A program made the translations under genes and the position numbers. Of a DNA stretch of 64,000 nucleotides, positions 24,846-38,637 are shown in pieces. The DNA is taken from assembly GCA_964016885.1 (NCBI GenBank), contig OZ024741.1:240002001-240066000 (forward strand), written 5' to 3'. Each line of letters begins with the position of its first letter. Positions within the stretch are counted from its first letter, which is position 1. Origin of the DNA: Eledone cirrhosa (taxonomy: Eukaryota). Below the pieces are notes generated by a model. That model searched no databases. It saw only the letters and a program-made list of their open reading frames with translations, and was not told the DNA's origin.

Positions 24846-27266
24846 ATGATAGTGTAAAGTTCCACTAAATTAAGACAATAAGAAGTTAGATTACCTACTG
24901 ATTTGTATTCTGTCAAAAGTATGGATGGCATCGAATAGACAAAACATCTCATCTCTCATTGAAAGTAAGTCTTTTGAAGAGATAAGTCTAACAAATGTTA
25001 AGAATATATCTTATTCACATTGCTATTCTAATAATATAGTAGCTGTTATAATTTCTACATTAAATTAGGTAATATTATGATGAAAGATGAAGTACCTGTT
25101 GGGTTACAATAACACAGATTTTTATACTGTAGCTTAATGCCTATATAGTTTTGATTTTAATGGGTATTTTACTAACCCTAAATGAATGTGTAATTTAACA
25201 AAATATAATGTCTAATCTTCTTACCTAAAAAAAAAAAATGTTCATTATACTGAATATTAACTGAGGATCCAATAATTCAAGCCATGTCATTGTTAGGTCT
25301 TTATTTTTTAATTGTTTTTTTTTTTTACTGGCTCAAAGTTTCTTCACTCTGATTGAGTTTAGTCATCAATAATAACCTACATTGAACTTCAGGAAAAGTA
25401 GACCAATAAAAGCAACTACCAAGGAAATATACTTTTACTGTAGTGGAAGCAAACATTTTTGAAAAATGTAATTATAAAATAAGCAAGCATATAAATAAAG
25501 AATGATGGTTTCTGACAGCTATGGCCTATTGCGTACAGACAATGGAACTTGATAAGAATTATGGATATATAGAGTGATAATAAATATAATTTAATCACAA
25601 TAGCAATAACACTAAATATATTCAAGAAATTCTGATTAGAATCCATTTAACTTATGAAAGGTAGCAAAATGTGTGGTCTCATCAATTTGAATACCCAGAA
25701 GAAATTACAGGCTTTCCTTAGTTTTGTATATTGTTTTTGTTGAATGAAGTTAGACTGGAATATGATAAAATACCTAACTGAATCTAGAAATAAAATAATG
25801 GGTGTAGAATCATAATAGAAATTATATTTCTACATATTTCTTTTCCCATAAAATTGGAACAATGATAGGAACACAGGCATAACAAAGAATATCACATGAA
25901 ATATATATATAAGCCAGTAAAGTAAAAATCTGAGTAGGGAAGTGAGTAGGCAGAAACATTTAAGTGTCAGACAAAATATATTGTTAGGATTTATTTCAAG
26001 TCATTACATTCTGAGTTCAAATCACACAAAGGTCGGCTTTACCTTTCATTCTTCTGGGGTTGATGAAATAAAGTTCAAGTCAAATACTGTTCGTGTAACT
26101 GACTGATAATCAGTGTCAACATACAAAGAACTGTCATGGTATAGAGTCCAAATCCTCATCCGCCATAGCACTTCAAGTACAGGTGAAATGACACATGGTT
26201 AGTTAGAGAACATAGCTCTCACATCAATGCTATATCTATCTGTAACACACTATATTAGGGGCCAACACAACACACATCCTATCAGTCATTCACTCAAATA
26301 CAGACTCCCTCTAAAAAGCTACCTCCATTAAAAAATGATAATGCAAAAGGAAAACAGGAAAGCAAAATCTGAAGACATGTTATGAACCTAAATTTGTATA
26401 TGTAGTATATTTATTCTCTAAATATAACCGATAATGAAAATAATATTTTGTATTATAATGGTAAATCTTATAATAATGACTTCTTAAAATTGAATGATGA
26501 AAATAATAAAGATCAACATCTTGATTGAAGTGTGTTGAATAAATATTCCCATAAATTTTAGTTACTTTTATTGTAATTGCAAATAAATAAAAATGTTCAA
26601 TCATAGAGGCAAAAGATGCATAAAACACAGTTAAAAAATATACAACATAATTCACCAATTTCAAATGAAGCTGTACTTTTATAATACATGGCATCACTTC
26701 CTAATCATCATTTGTCCATCATAAACATTACTTCATCATTGCTAACAATTTACTCACTATAACAACATTTAAACACATAGAATATTTTTTTATATTCTAT
26801 ACGAAAAATTTGCCTTACAACAAACACACACAAGAACACTGCATTATTTAGACTGCTTATATATATATATTTATATCACCATCATTATCATTTTACGTCC
26901 GCTTTTCCCTGCTTGCAAGGGTGGGAGGATATATATCTTAACGTATCTTGCATATAACATCGACTATACAGACACAACAGTACATCTCATAGCAAAAACA
27001 AACAAATGTACAATACAACACTACCTTATATAGACTGTTCTCTGTTACTGTCCAAATATTATATACTCATAATTTTGTTTATATGAAATAAGTAACAATA
27101 TTAAACATTTTAACCAAATAATTGTGAAATAAAACAACATAGACAACATTATTGAAAAAATGTCTGAATTATTGTTCAATCTCTTTGTTCACATGTTAAT
27201 ATTAAATATGTTAGAAGAATATCTTACAGATTTACTGAGATTATAAAAGATTAAATAGAAACTTAC

Positions 27267-27712
27267 CTTTTTAATAATTATATCATTGGTTATTCAGTGA
27301 GAACAGAAAGATGTATTGTTGTAGAAAGCTCCATTGTAAGTGCTGCTGTAATGGTGTGTGACAATGGCTGTATGTTGATGGAGTAGTGTAGCACGTCAGG
27401 CAGATCGTCTGCTGCTAGGATAGGGTTGTGTGTGTTATTGAAATTGTATGTTTGTGACAGTACATTTCTCTAATAATATTGTGTATGTATTTATCCTTAA
27501 AGATGATGGTTGTTTACTGTTATCAATAACTATTTACATATATATAGATATATATATTAAATAGCTACAATATTCTATAGTTAAACATAACATGTTTGGT
27601 TTAATAACATCAGTAATGTGAACGTTTCTCTTTGTTAGTGATTTCTGTCTATGTTTTAGTGAGAATCTGATTGGTTGAATGACCTAAACAGAAGACCAAT
27701 GACACTGTTCTC
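27267..27712 (-). promoter_or_regulatory. Promoter/leader exon module for G3
   Basis: Conserved block; ATTGG 27670, CCAAT 27696; donor at 27266. Confidence 0.65.
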
Positions 27713-28109
27713 TTTAATATTGATTTTTTCTTTTTTTTTAGAGGCTTCATATTTAAAGTAAGGGTTGGATTTGTGTATTTATGCCTTTCCTTCTGAACAT
27801 TATTAATAATTGTAACTAGATATATTCTAAAGTGTATTTCATATAAATTATAAAGCTATGTTGATGCAATTTTCTCAAATAAAACCATCAAGTGCGGATG
27901 ATATTTCTGTATTTAAATTTAAACTAACTTAATAATATTAAGGCAGAAAATATTTATTTATTGGTAAAAATTCATGTCTGTAGAAAGAATGATGATTTAT
28001 AGAAACACCCTATCTTATGAACACATTTCAGATAATAAAGAAGGTATATATTGATATGTGTGTTGAGCATATTCAAATAGAGAATGTTGTTTATGTCACT
28101 TCAATATAA

Positions 28110-28186
28110 TTATACATGTTTCACAGGTGTTTCTTCACTGGAATCTTTTGATGTAGATGTATCATTGTTTTTATATATATTTTGAT
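28110..28186 (-). CDS. Pcdh: G4 last coding exon
   Basis: Same 77-nt exon, TAG acceptor. Confidence 0.75.
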
Positions 28187-28404
28187 CTAGAATTTATATA
28201 GAAAATAATATTTTAGAATATTATGAATGAGAGACATGTATACATTTAATTCATGACAATATGCAATGGAAAATATGTGTTCAATTATAAATAAATCTTA
28301 TAATTCTATGAATTATTAACAATATAATATATGATAGAAAGAGCTTTTAAAACAAATTTCAATACGAGATATGAAAGTCAAATATAACAAATGGAGGTAT
28401 TAAC

Positions 28405-28570
28405 CTGATATTCCTGGTATTTCTTCATAATGTTTCATATCACCTTCATTCAATACACGTCTACTACTTCTCTTAGATGACATTGTATCTGATGTATAGT
28501 TACAAACTATAGGAGGATTATCTTCCACAGCATCATCACTTGATGTCACCACCACAGGTTGACAATATTT
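28405..28570 (-). CDS. Pcdh: G4 cytoplasmic exon
   Basis: CAG acceptor, 166 nt. Confidence 0.85.
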
Positions 28571-28753
28571 CTGTTGACAAACAAACCAAGAGAAATGTGA
28601 GGAGACATCAAACAATGCTAGTTACAATAAACATGTAGTTTACAATTTAATATTGGACTATATTATTGAAGATAAAACATTGTTAAAATAATCTTATTGT
28701 TTATCTTTTACATATAAAGTAAAGATAGAAAATATTTTAATCTTTTCACTTAC

Positions 28754-31123
28754 TGGGGTAGGTTTTGGTAAAGTTCTTGACTGAACTGAAGCTTCATATT
28801 TATTCTGTAGCTGACCTTCTGAATAACATTCACTCTTTGATCTCTCAGAATATATATTTCTTTTTATCATCTCTTCTGTATTCCTTGACATAGCAACAGG
28901 ATTATTAGACTGATACAACAATTGTTTCATCTCTGTTCTACCTTGGTATGCTGTAGTCTTTGTTGTAGTAGCTGTGTTATCTCTGTGTTTAATACATTTC
29001 ATTATACACAGTGTTATAGAAACAACAATAGCCACTGATACTATTACTGCTGATGATACAATGATAATAACCCATGTCATATGGACTCTACCTGAAGATT
29101 GTATAGGTACACTTTTCAACATTGGTAATGTCTCATTACTAACAGCCAATACCAAAGTCACACTAGTTGTTGATGACTGAACTGGACTACCACTGTCTTT
29201 TACAACAAATTTTAGTTCATAACTTCCAGCATCATTTAGATAAACTTGTCTGGAGAATGATAAAGCACCACTGTGTGAGTTCATAGTAAACAACTGTTTA
29301 TTATTTCCTTGTATGATTCCATATGTGAGGAAAGCATTGTTTCCACTGTCACCATCAGATGCTCTCAAAACTGTGATGTCACTCTTACTCTGGGGATGGT
29401 AGTGGACATTTAGGGTGTAAGGGTTAACACTAGGAAAGGTGAAATATGGAACATTGTCATTTTGATCTAAAATCTCAACAACAACATTGGCTGTGTCATT
29501 CAGAGATGGATTTCCATTATCTTTGACAAAAACTTCAAATTTATACACATCTTGTTTCTCTCTGTCTAATGACATGGTGGCTGAAATAAAGCCATAACTG
29601 GTGATCAGAAATGGTAGATTTGATTTTTCTTTATGTAGCAGAGAATATGTGAGTTGTCCAGCAGATCCAAGGTCAGGGTCAGTGGCATTGACAAAACCAA
29701 TAGGGAAGTCTTTATCTTTGTTTTCATAGGTCAGGAATTGGAATGTATCTTTGGTAAATTGTGGTTGTACATCATTGATATCAGTCACTTGGATAGAGAG
29801 AGTTTTAACATTTTTAAGAGGTGGTAATCCTTTATCTTGACAGGAGACAGGAATGTTATAGTGTCCTTGTGTTTCTCTGTCTACTGGTTTATTTAGAACT
29901 ATTTTATATTCTTTAGATCCCATTGACTGTAGTTTGAATGTATCATGTTTGATATCACAGCTGACCTCTCCATTTTGTCCAACATCATTGTCAGTGACCA
30001 TCACATAAGCAATGAAACTACCAACTTTGATCTTCTCAGAAATGGTAGCTGTGTGGTCATTGATAGCAGAAACATAATCTATATCAATAGATGGAGGGTT
30101 GTTGTGTTGGTTGATAACATTTATCAAAACTGTTGCTATGGAACTAAAGGGAGGTCTACCTCCATCTCTAGCTTCTATAAATAATTCAAAAGATGTTTTT
30201 TCGTTTAAACTAGAAATTCTGGACAAAAATATTTTGCCATCTTTTCTATTTAATTCAAAATATTTCCTAGCTTGATCAGAAGTTTTGGGACTGAAATGGA
30301 AAGTAATTTTACTGTTGGGTCCTAAATCTTTATCTGTTACTGACAAATTAAGAATAGGTTTGGTTTTGTCATGAGTGGTTCTAATGGAAATATTATAAAG
30401 TGGTTTTGAAAATACAGGTGGATTATCATTCTCATCTTCTACAATAATCAGAACATTTAATACACACTGTTTAGATGGGGAGCCTCCATCTTTAGCAATA
30501 ACTTCTAAATTGAATTTCTCTTTTATCTCTCTGTCTAATTTATCTTTTAAAAGAATATTTAATGAGGAAATACCATCAGCTCTTTTAGAAACTGACAGCG
30601 AAAATGAATCAATAGATTTTTTAAGTTTATACTCAATAAAAGAATTTTGGTAACTAATGTCATTGTCTATAGCATTTGGGATTGACTTCTTCATACCTTC
30701 CCGATCTCCTTCTCTAAATTGTAAAGTGATTTGTTTTTCTGGAAACTCTGGTTCATGGTCGTTAATGTCTTCTATTACTATTTTGACTTTTATGATTTTA
30801 GTAAAGGTTTCCACTTTCTTCATTATAATTTTAACAGTTCTAGAACATTCTTTGTTGAATGTACAGAGATTTTCTGCATCCAGTGTCTGAGCAGTGTACA
30901 GTTTACCTGTTTTGGTGACATTAAATAACTGTGCCACCTTTCGTTTAAATTGACTGAATATTATCAATTGTTGGTCAGATGGTTTAACATTGTCTAAAAG
31001 TTTAGAATCAGCAGCAATGTCTGCTACATATGTTCCTGGACTTCTCTCTTCTTCCACATGGTAGGTAAGGTCTATGGTCAGAACACAGTGGACCATTGAT
31101 AATACAATAGACGACAGTAACAT
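28754..31123 (-). CDS. Pcdh: G4 protocadherin large exon (790 codons; divergent EC2-EC3)
   Basis: Intact ORF, 6 EC + TM; GTAAGT donor at 28753. Confidence 0.95.
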
Positions 31124-31934
31124 ATTGGTGTTGATGTGTTGGCACCCGTTAAAGATGCCCAGCTTAGCTGGTACAAGTTAAAGATGTCCAGGTATGTTAG
31201 GGAATAAATCTATAATAGAAATACATATCCATGAACAATTTTAAGAAATGAATCAGTTTAAAATACACAATTATCTGTGAAACAAAAATATATGATTGCA
31301 TTATTTTACAACAGCACATTTATAGATTAAAGCATAAGTTCATAACTAAACTTCAATTTTTAGAGCACTTCCAAGTAACTGCTCCACAAAATATATGATT
31401 AATGAAGCTGGTATTCGATAACTACATTGAATAATGTTTGTTGTAAAATTCATACTTAATACTGTAATTTATTTATAGATTTCTACATCAGATTAAAATG
31501 ATAACTGAGATGAAGAGTATCCCTATTGTGATATGAAAATTATTATCTCAATATAATTTATTTACTGTGATATATTATTTGAACAGCTATCATATGTTAC
31601 TATACAACACAACAGGCATTTTTAAAGTCATTTTCCTTGCTAAAGGGGGAGTTAGACTCACATGCTCTATGGCAGGCTCCATACTCATCAGTGGAAAAGA
31701 ATCCATGTTTCCAGACTGCCATATTGTAACTAATATGATAAACTGGAATAAGCTTGAAAGTACAGAATGGTCAAACTTACACAGTCAATCACACCTAGTC
31801 ATTTGATTCACTACTAAAAGATATAGGAATGTTTAATCAGAGTGACCTTAGAGATAAACAAACAAAACAACATATGAATCACATTATATATCTCAAGTCT
31901 ATATGATACCAGTTGTCTTAAAATTCTTCCATAA

Positions 31935-32130
31935 CCCTTTAGCATTTACATTAATCTATATTTGCTATTATATTTTCACTTTAAAGGCTTTACCTCATAT
32001 TATTATCTCACATAATATCGAATCTATGAGATTTTGATATTATTACCTTAACATCAGTTGATTTGGCTGGTTTGAACAGAAAGAAGTAAGAGAATTCTGG
32101 CTGAATACATCCAGTTTGAATGCTAAAGGG
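31935..32130. mobile_element. piggyBac-like MITE
   Basis: TAA-CCCTTTAGCATT...AATGCTAAAGGG termini; similar to 1552-1772. Confidence 0.55.
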
Positions 32131-32649
32131 ATAACAGTGTATTGAAATTCAATTGTCTTTAATATTCCCACTTCAGTACGTTTCTTGAAATATCTTCTAG
32201 CACGTGGTATTGCTATAGCAGATCTGAAGACATCAGAGTAATGATGTTTTCATCATTTCAATGATCATTCCAAAAATGACATAGCTTCAATAATCAAAGA
32301 GATCACCAATAATGTAGCTAATTTCTAAAGTTGTATCCAATCTTATCTATTCAGTTGGAAGTAGTCTTCCTTTGTCCCATCCATATACACTAGCTTTTCA
32401 TAAGGATTAATTGAAATGTTATGAAGCATTTTTACCAAATATAATATATTTCTCATAAAACACAATCATTTAAGAATTGACATAGCAAATTTGAATGGTA
32501 CATTTATGAATGTTCAATAATCTAAATAATGACATACAAAAACAAAAATAATATAAAAGAACCAATTAAAATGTTTTTACTCTAACACAATTTCAGTTTC
32601 TACCACACTAATATTAAAATATGATATATAATAGAATAAAAAGAATGAG

Positions 32650-33125
32650 TACTATGTACACTCAAATATAAGTTGATCTGAATGTAAGTTGACCCCCTAT
32701 TTTATGTCTGAGAAATGGGCAAAAATCTAAACCCCATGTATAAGTTGAGAGCTAATCAATGCATTAAGTTTAGATGCAGTTTTGAAATTCTCATGAGTAG
32801 AGAATATGTTTATGAAGTTTTAATATTTGGATATTTAAAAGGTTTTAAATGTCATTAAGTCTTTTTTTAACAACTGTATTATGTAACAATTTTTTATCAA
32901 TTTCCAATCGCTTTGAAGGCCATATTCATTCAAAACACATAGAAACAAATTTCACCTACAAAGTCAAACTTGTAATATTCACTTCAAAAGCAAAAAATAT
33001 TTTAGCACCTCATTTACGCAGAATTTCGAAGTAGGTGAAAATCAGCAAAATATTGACGTCAAATATAAGCCACCATCAACTTTTGCAATACATATTTCTC
33101 AACTTCTATATGAGTATACATGGTA
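32650..33125. mobile_element. Degenerate Tc1/mariner-pogo type MITE
   Basis: Imperfect TIRs TACTATGTACACTCAAATATAAGTTGA / TCAACTTCTATATGAGTATACATGGTA with TA ends. Confidence 0.5.
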
Positions 33126-33579
33126 ATTCAACATACCAAGTGAGTTAGTTATTACTATAGCTGTTTTGGTTGAATGCATGAAAAAACTTTTATATGTATT
33201 ATAAATATACATCAGCTACATCTCTAAGATGAACATCATTAAATCATTTGTTGTAAATATTTGGAAGTATCAGGTTTACATTTACAGTACATCTATTGCA
33301 TGATTGTGCCACAAAGAACACTTGTGACTTTCTGTGGGGAGCACCCTTACCATATAAGCTAATATTTTTCTTATCGAGTAACTTCTATCACACAATTTTA
33401 CACATAAGGAACCTTCTTCATGTTTATTCAAAAGTTAAACAAAATTAATACATTAATACCAAGTTCTATGAACCTAAATAAGACAAAAGCCTTGTGATTC
33501 ATTCCTTTAATCTTTCAATGATTAACACTTTATTCTGAAACTAGTTGTGTCATCAATGACTAACGTTTGGAAAGATAAG

Positions 33580-33775
33580 TCAGTAATGAAGACATGACAA
33601 GCACAAGGTCTGATGAAGATATGACCAGCACCAGACCTAATAATATAATTAGCACCAGATCTAAAGAAGATATGACTAGTATTAAGTCGAACAAGGTTAT
33701 GACTAGCACCAGATCTATGATGGTATGATGAGTACCAGGTTTAATGAAGATATGACAAACAGCAGGTCTAAATTA
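33580..33775. repeat. Degenerate ~27-bp minisatellite (~7 units), paralog of 54895-56690
   Basis: ATGAAGATATGACYAGCACCAG-like units; flanks homologous to those of the large array. Confidence 0.75.
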
Positions 33776-34164
33776 GAGTCACAATCATTTCACGAAACAA
33801 TAAATGCTAATGTCTTAAAAAATGACAATTAAGAATTAAATCGTGGAATTTAACCTAGTTTCCTGTAGTTTAAAATATGTTTACAATGGTTCTTTTAAAC
33901 ATATGAGTTGTTTCTGAAAGCTAAGATCATAGAGTAATGATGACAGACTCTCCGATTAGAAGATTGACAAAAGAATATGTGGGTTGGTTAACATGAAGAT
34001 TGAAAAGTTTGTGAGAAAGAAAGAATTGTAACAATTAATTTATGCAATATCATAATCATCATCATCATCATTTAACGTCTATCTTCCACACTAGTATGGG
34101 TTAGACGGGTTTGTCCCATTTGAGGCAAGTTTGGTTGGGTGACCATGTCTCGCTTGCATAGGAC

Positions 34165-34210
<46 letters not shown>

Positions 34211-35100
34211 TACATACATACATTATGAAATGTATCTGAAAATACTGAAATGATAAAGATGGTGATGATAAATGGTTTTTAAACTCATCTTTATCATTAA
34301 TATATTTATTTAATTCAACTTCAAACTTGGTAAGAAGTAACTTTAAAAACATAATGAAAATACAGAAACAAATATTCTTAACTACCTATAGGAAGATGGA
34401 GTATGAAGTAAAGTAGAAAATGTTATCAGAATTTAATGAAATATATAATGAAAGGAAGTAAAGTAGGAAGATACATTTTAAAATTATATTTTATTCTGAA
34501 TATTCTCAAGTATAAGTAAACATATACAATATGTGATGCAGACTATATTTTGCCAACTCCATACAGAGCTGGTCCTTCTCATTTTATAGTCTTTTGAAAC
34601 ATGCCACCATGTTTTTCACATCCTGACATTGTCTGCAATTATCCTTAACCCAAATCTATAATACATCTTCAACTCTTTGTTGATAACAACCTATGCAATG
34701 AAACCATATTTTAATATATTGTAGAATATAATGTACCAAACATTTTAACATATCTTTCATATACCATCTACACAATATTACATCTTCAAACAAAATCAAA
34801 CATACACTACAACACTACAGACTGTTTTCTATTGTTACTGATTGATATACGTCACAAATATTCTATGTATACACAATAATACTGTTTCTATGAAATAGAG
34901 TCTCAATATTAAACATTTTAACCAACACCAGATAGTTGTGATATAAAACAATATAAACAACATTACTGAAAAATATGTCTGAATTATTGTTCAATTTCTT
35001 TGTTCTCGTGGTAATATTAAATATGTTAAAACAATATCTTACAGATTTACTGACATTTAGTATATAAAATGAGATTATAAAAGATTAAATAGAAACTTAC

Positions 35101-35550
35101 CTCTTTAATAATTATATCATTGGTTATCCAGTGAGAATAGAAAGATGTATTGTTGTAGAAAGCTCCATTGTAAGTGCTGCTGTAATGGTGTGTGACAATG
35201 GCTGTATGTTGATGGAGTAGTGTAGCACGTCAGGCAGATAGTCTGCTGCTAGGATAGGGTTGTGTGTGTTATTGAAGTTCTATGTTTGTGACAGTACGTC
35301 TCTCTCATAATATTGTATAAGTATTAATCCTGAAATATGATGTTTGTTTACTGTTATCAATAACTATTTACATATATATAGATATATATATTTAAATAGC
35401 TACAATATTCTATAGTTAAACAGCATAAATGTTTGGTTTAATAACATCAGTAATGTGAATATTTCTCTTTGTTAGTGATTTCTGTCTATGTTTTAATGAG
35501 AATCTGATTGGTTAAATGACCTAAACACAAGACCAATGGCAGATGTTCTC
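35101..35550 (-). promoter_or_regulatory. Promoter/leader exon module for G4
   Basis: Conserved block; ATTGG 35507, CCAAT 35533; donor at 35100. Confidence 0.65.
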
Positions 35551-36108
35551 TTTAATATTGATTTTGTAGGTAAAGCAGACGTTTCATATTTATAGGAAAA
35601 GAAGAAAGAGATGGTGTGTCAATCATGCCTTTCCCCAAAGCTATTATTACCATAAGTTACACTAAATTTTTAATATTATAACTACTAAAATATGAGGACA
35701 TTTTTTTCGCATTAACAAAAAAATCCTTTGGTATTCTAAATACCACCTTAAGTAGAATTACATAAATCCCTTAAAAAACATGGTAAACTATATAAAATGT
35801 TGTCAATTAATTCATCTCATTAAACATTAAAGTGCATCATAGAAAGGTACAAGTTTTTTTTTTATTGTAGTATATCTAAAGGTATTTTTCAAACAAGATA
35901 AACGTAACTATTTTAAACAGACCTATAGACACTTTTAGGTAACATTGTTCCTTTATAAAACCCTCCTATCTCTCATAATGTACACTGTAGCAAAGTCTAT
36001 TTACTATACTGTGTGATTGTTGGTTTGTGTATGTGTTCATTTGTATACTGTACAATCAATATTATAAAATTAAATAGACAAAAGAGTTATATTATTACAC
36101 TAATATAA

Positions 36109-36185
36109 TTATACATGTTTCACTGGTGTTTCTTCACTGGAATCTTTTGCTGTAGATGTATCGTTGTTTTTATATATATTTTGAT
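36109..36185 (-). CDS. Pcdh: G5 last coding exon
   Basis: Same 77-nt exon, tttcag acceptor. Confidence 0.75.
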
Positions 36186-36683
36186 CTGAAATTTTGGAAT
36201 AGAATATAGTTTAACAGAATAACAAAATTATCGAAACCATCATTAATAATTCTATTATCTAATTAACAAACACATAAAAAGGATAAAATATAAATATTGC
36301 AGATTTGGTAATCATAAAAACTGTTCTTGAATAATCTGATGGGCAAAGAAGTAAATTATGTCCTCTTTCTTAGAACTGTGAGGAAATATTCTTTAAAAAT
36401 TAAATGGAATAGAATGAAACAAAATTTCATTGCTCACTCTTAGTACGGCAGTTACTTAAATGTAAGTAAGTATGTATGTATATGTACATACATATATGTA
36501 TACAGACGTACAGTAGTATGTATATACATACATGCACACATATATATATGCACGTATCGGTTTACCGAACATTTATTATAATGCTCAGTTTGTTTGTTTG
36601 TAAACAAACAAACAAACAGCCCGAATTACGCCGTACAGTGTTTAGGCAACCACGTCACCTTTTTATTCAACACTGACACAGGA

Positions 36684-36726
36684 ACGATGTACTAGTTTCA
36701 AGCTTATTAGCTATCATCAGCATCGT
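36684..36726 (-). ncRNA. Minimal type I hammerhead ribozyme motif
   Basis: ACGAUG-CUGAUGA-uAGCU AAUA AGCUu-GAAA-CUAGUA-CAUCGU: stem I, core, stem II, palindromic stem III, GUA site. Confidence 0.75.
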
Positions 36727-36973
36727 ATACCTTCCTGCCAGGTGGTTGAACGTCTGAAAGTATATACTTTCCTTATGCATATTAACGACTGAGCAGCCTA
36801 ATTTGCATATCGAGTGAGTTTAGTCGGCTGGGCGCACCGAAAACGATAAATGGAATAGAATGAAACGAAATTTCATTTCTCACTCTTAGTACGGCAGTTA
36901 CTTAAATGTAAGTATGTATGTATATGTTCATACATATATGTATACAGACGTACAGTAGTATGTATATATATAT

Positions 36974-38273
36974 ACATGGAAGCATGGCTTAGAATCAAAA
37001 GGCCTTAAAGTTAACTTGTCTAAGACTAAAGTCCTAGTTTGTAGAAAGGAAGATAAGGCACAGGTACCCTCAGGGAAATGGCCTTGCTCAGTGTGTAGGA
37101 AAGGAGTAGGCAGAAATTCAATTTTATGTCCCAAATGCAAAGTATGGGTACATAAAAGATGTAGTGGGAACACAGGTAAACTATCTAAGAACGTAGACTT
37201 TATATGTGGCCGATGATCAGGTGCGATAAGTATCAAGTGCCCACAGGATACTAGCCCCTTCTATTGCCCAGATGGTTCTATAGAAATAGTAGACACTTTC
37301 TGTTACCTGAATGACAAAATCAGCAGTTGTGGAGGGTGTTCTGAAAGTACAGTAGCCAGAGTCAGAACGGGATGGAAAAAGTTCAGAGAGCTTATACCGC
37401 TGTTGGCCACAACAGGTTTCTCTCTAAAATTGTATGATGCTTGTATACGAACAGCAATGCAACATGGCAGTGAGACATGGGCATTGCGTGCAGAGGACCT
37501 GCATAGACTGGAAAGGAACGAAGCATCCATGCTCCGTCGGATGTGTAATAGTAACATACGTGAACGGCAAAGCATAAATGAACTAAGTGTGAAATTAGGA
37601 ATAAGAGGGATCAGATGCTGTTTACTCGAGAGAAGACTACATTGGTATGGCCACGTGATGTGCATGAAAGATGACAGCTGTATAAAAAAAGTGCAGGGCG
37701 ATCAAAATTGATGGTAGTTACGGAGTAGGTAGCCCAGAAAAACCTGGGACAATCTGATAAATTCCGACTTTACACACTTGCACCTCTCTAAGACAATGTC
37801 ACTGGACCGAGATCTTTGGCGCAACACAGTAATACAGAAGACCTGCCTTGCCTATGTACAAAGCGAAACCTACAGCAAGTAGGCACCTCTTAACCTAATA
37901 TACACCCCAATCCACTACCCCTACCCTATCCTCCCACTACCACCAACACCACCCCCTCTCTATAAAGTTGGTACCACAACATCCAGTCCAAATAAATGAG
38001 ATGAATGAGATCGAGATCGTGTAGGTGTCACGAGAAAAAAAACACAGTCTACGCTGTAATGTGGTTGTGTAGGTAACACGGTAAAAGTTCCCAGTTCCAC
38101 ACTGTAAATGTGGTTGGTGTTAGGAAGGGCATCCAGCCGTAGAAAACCTGCCAGCAGTCCTATATGAGCGAGATACGGTCACCCGACCAACCTTGCCTCA
38201 AGTGGGACAACTCCCGTCTAACCCATGCTAGCGTGGAAAATGGACGTTAAACGAGGATGATGATGATGATGAT
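36974..38273 (+). mobile_element. 5'-truncated RTE-like LINE
   Basis: GLKVNLSKTK, CxxC/CxxC zinc-finger-like insert, HGSETW, RRLHWYGHV; (GAT)n tail; inserted in (TA)n. Confidence 0.9.
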
Positions 38274-38423
38274 ATATGCACACATATATATATGCACGTA
38301 TCGGTTTATCAAACATTTATTATAATGCTCGGTTTGTTTGTTTGTAAACAAACAAACAGCCCGAATTACGCCGTACAGTGTTTAAGCAACCACGTCAACT
38401 TTTTGTTCAACACTGACACAGGA

Positions 38424-38466
38424 ACGATGTACTAGTTTCAAGCTTATTAGCTATCGTCAGCATCGT
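38424..38466 (-). ncRNA. Minimal type I hammerhead ribozyme motif
   Basis: Same fold with CUGACGA core. Confidence 0.75.
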
Positions 38467-38594
38467 ATACCTTCCTGCCAGATGGTTGAACGTCTGAAAG
38501 TATATACTCGATATGCAAATTAGGCTGCTCAGCCGTTAATATGCATAAGGAAAGTATATACTTTCAGACGTTCAATCAGCTGGCAGGAAGGAAT

Positions 38595-38637
38595 ACGATG
38601 CTGACGATAGCTAATAAGCTTGAAACTAGTACATCGT
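38595..38637 (+). ncRNA. Minimal type I hammerhead ribozyme motif (inverted copy)
   Basis: ACGATG CTGACGA TAGCTAATAAGCTT GAAA CTAGTA CATCGT. Confidence 0.75.
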
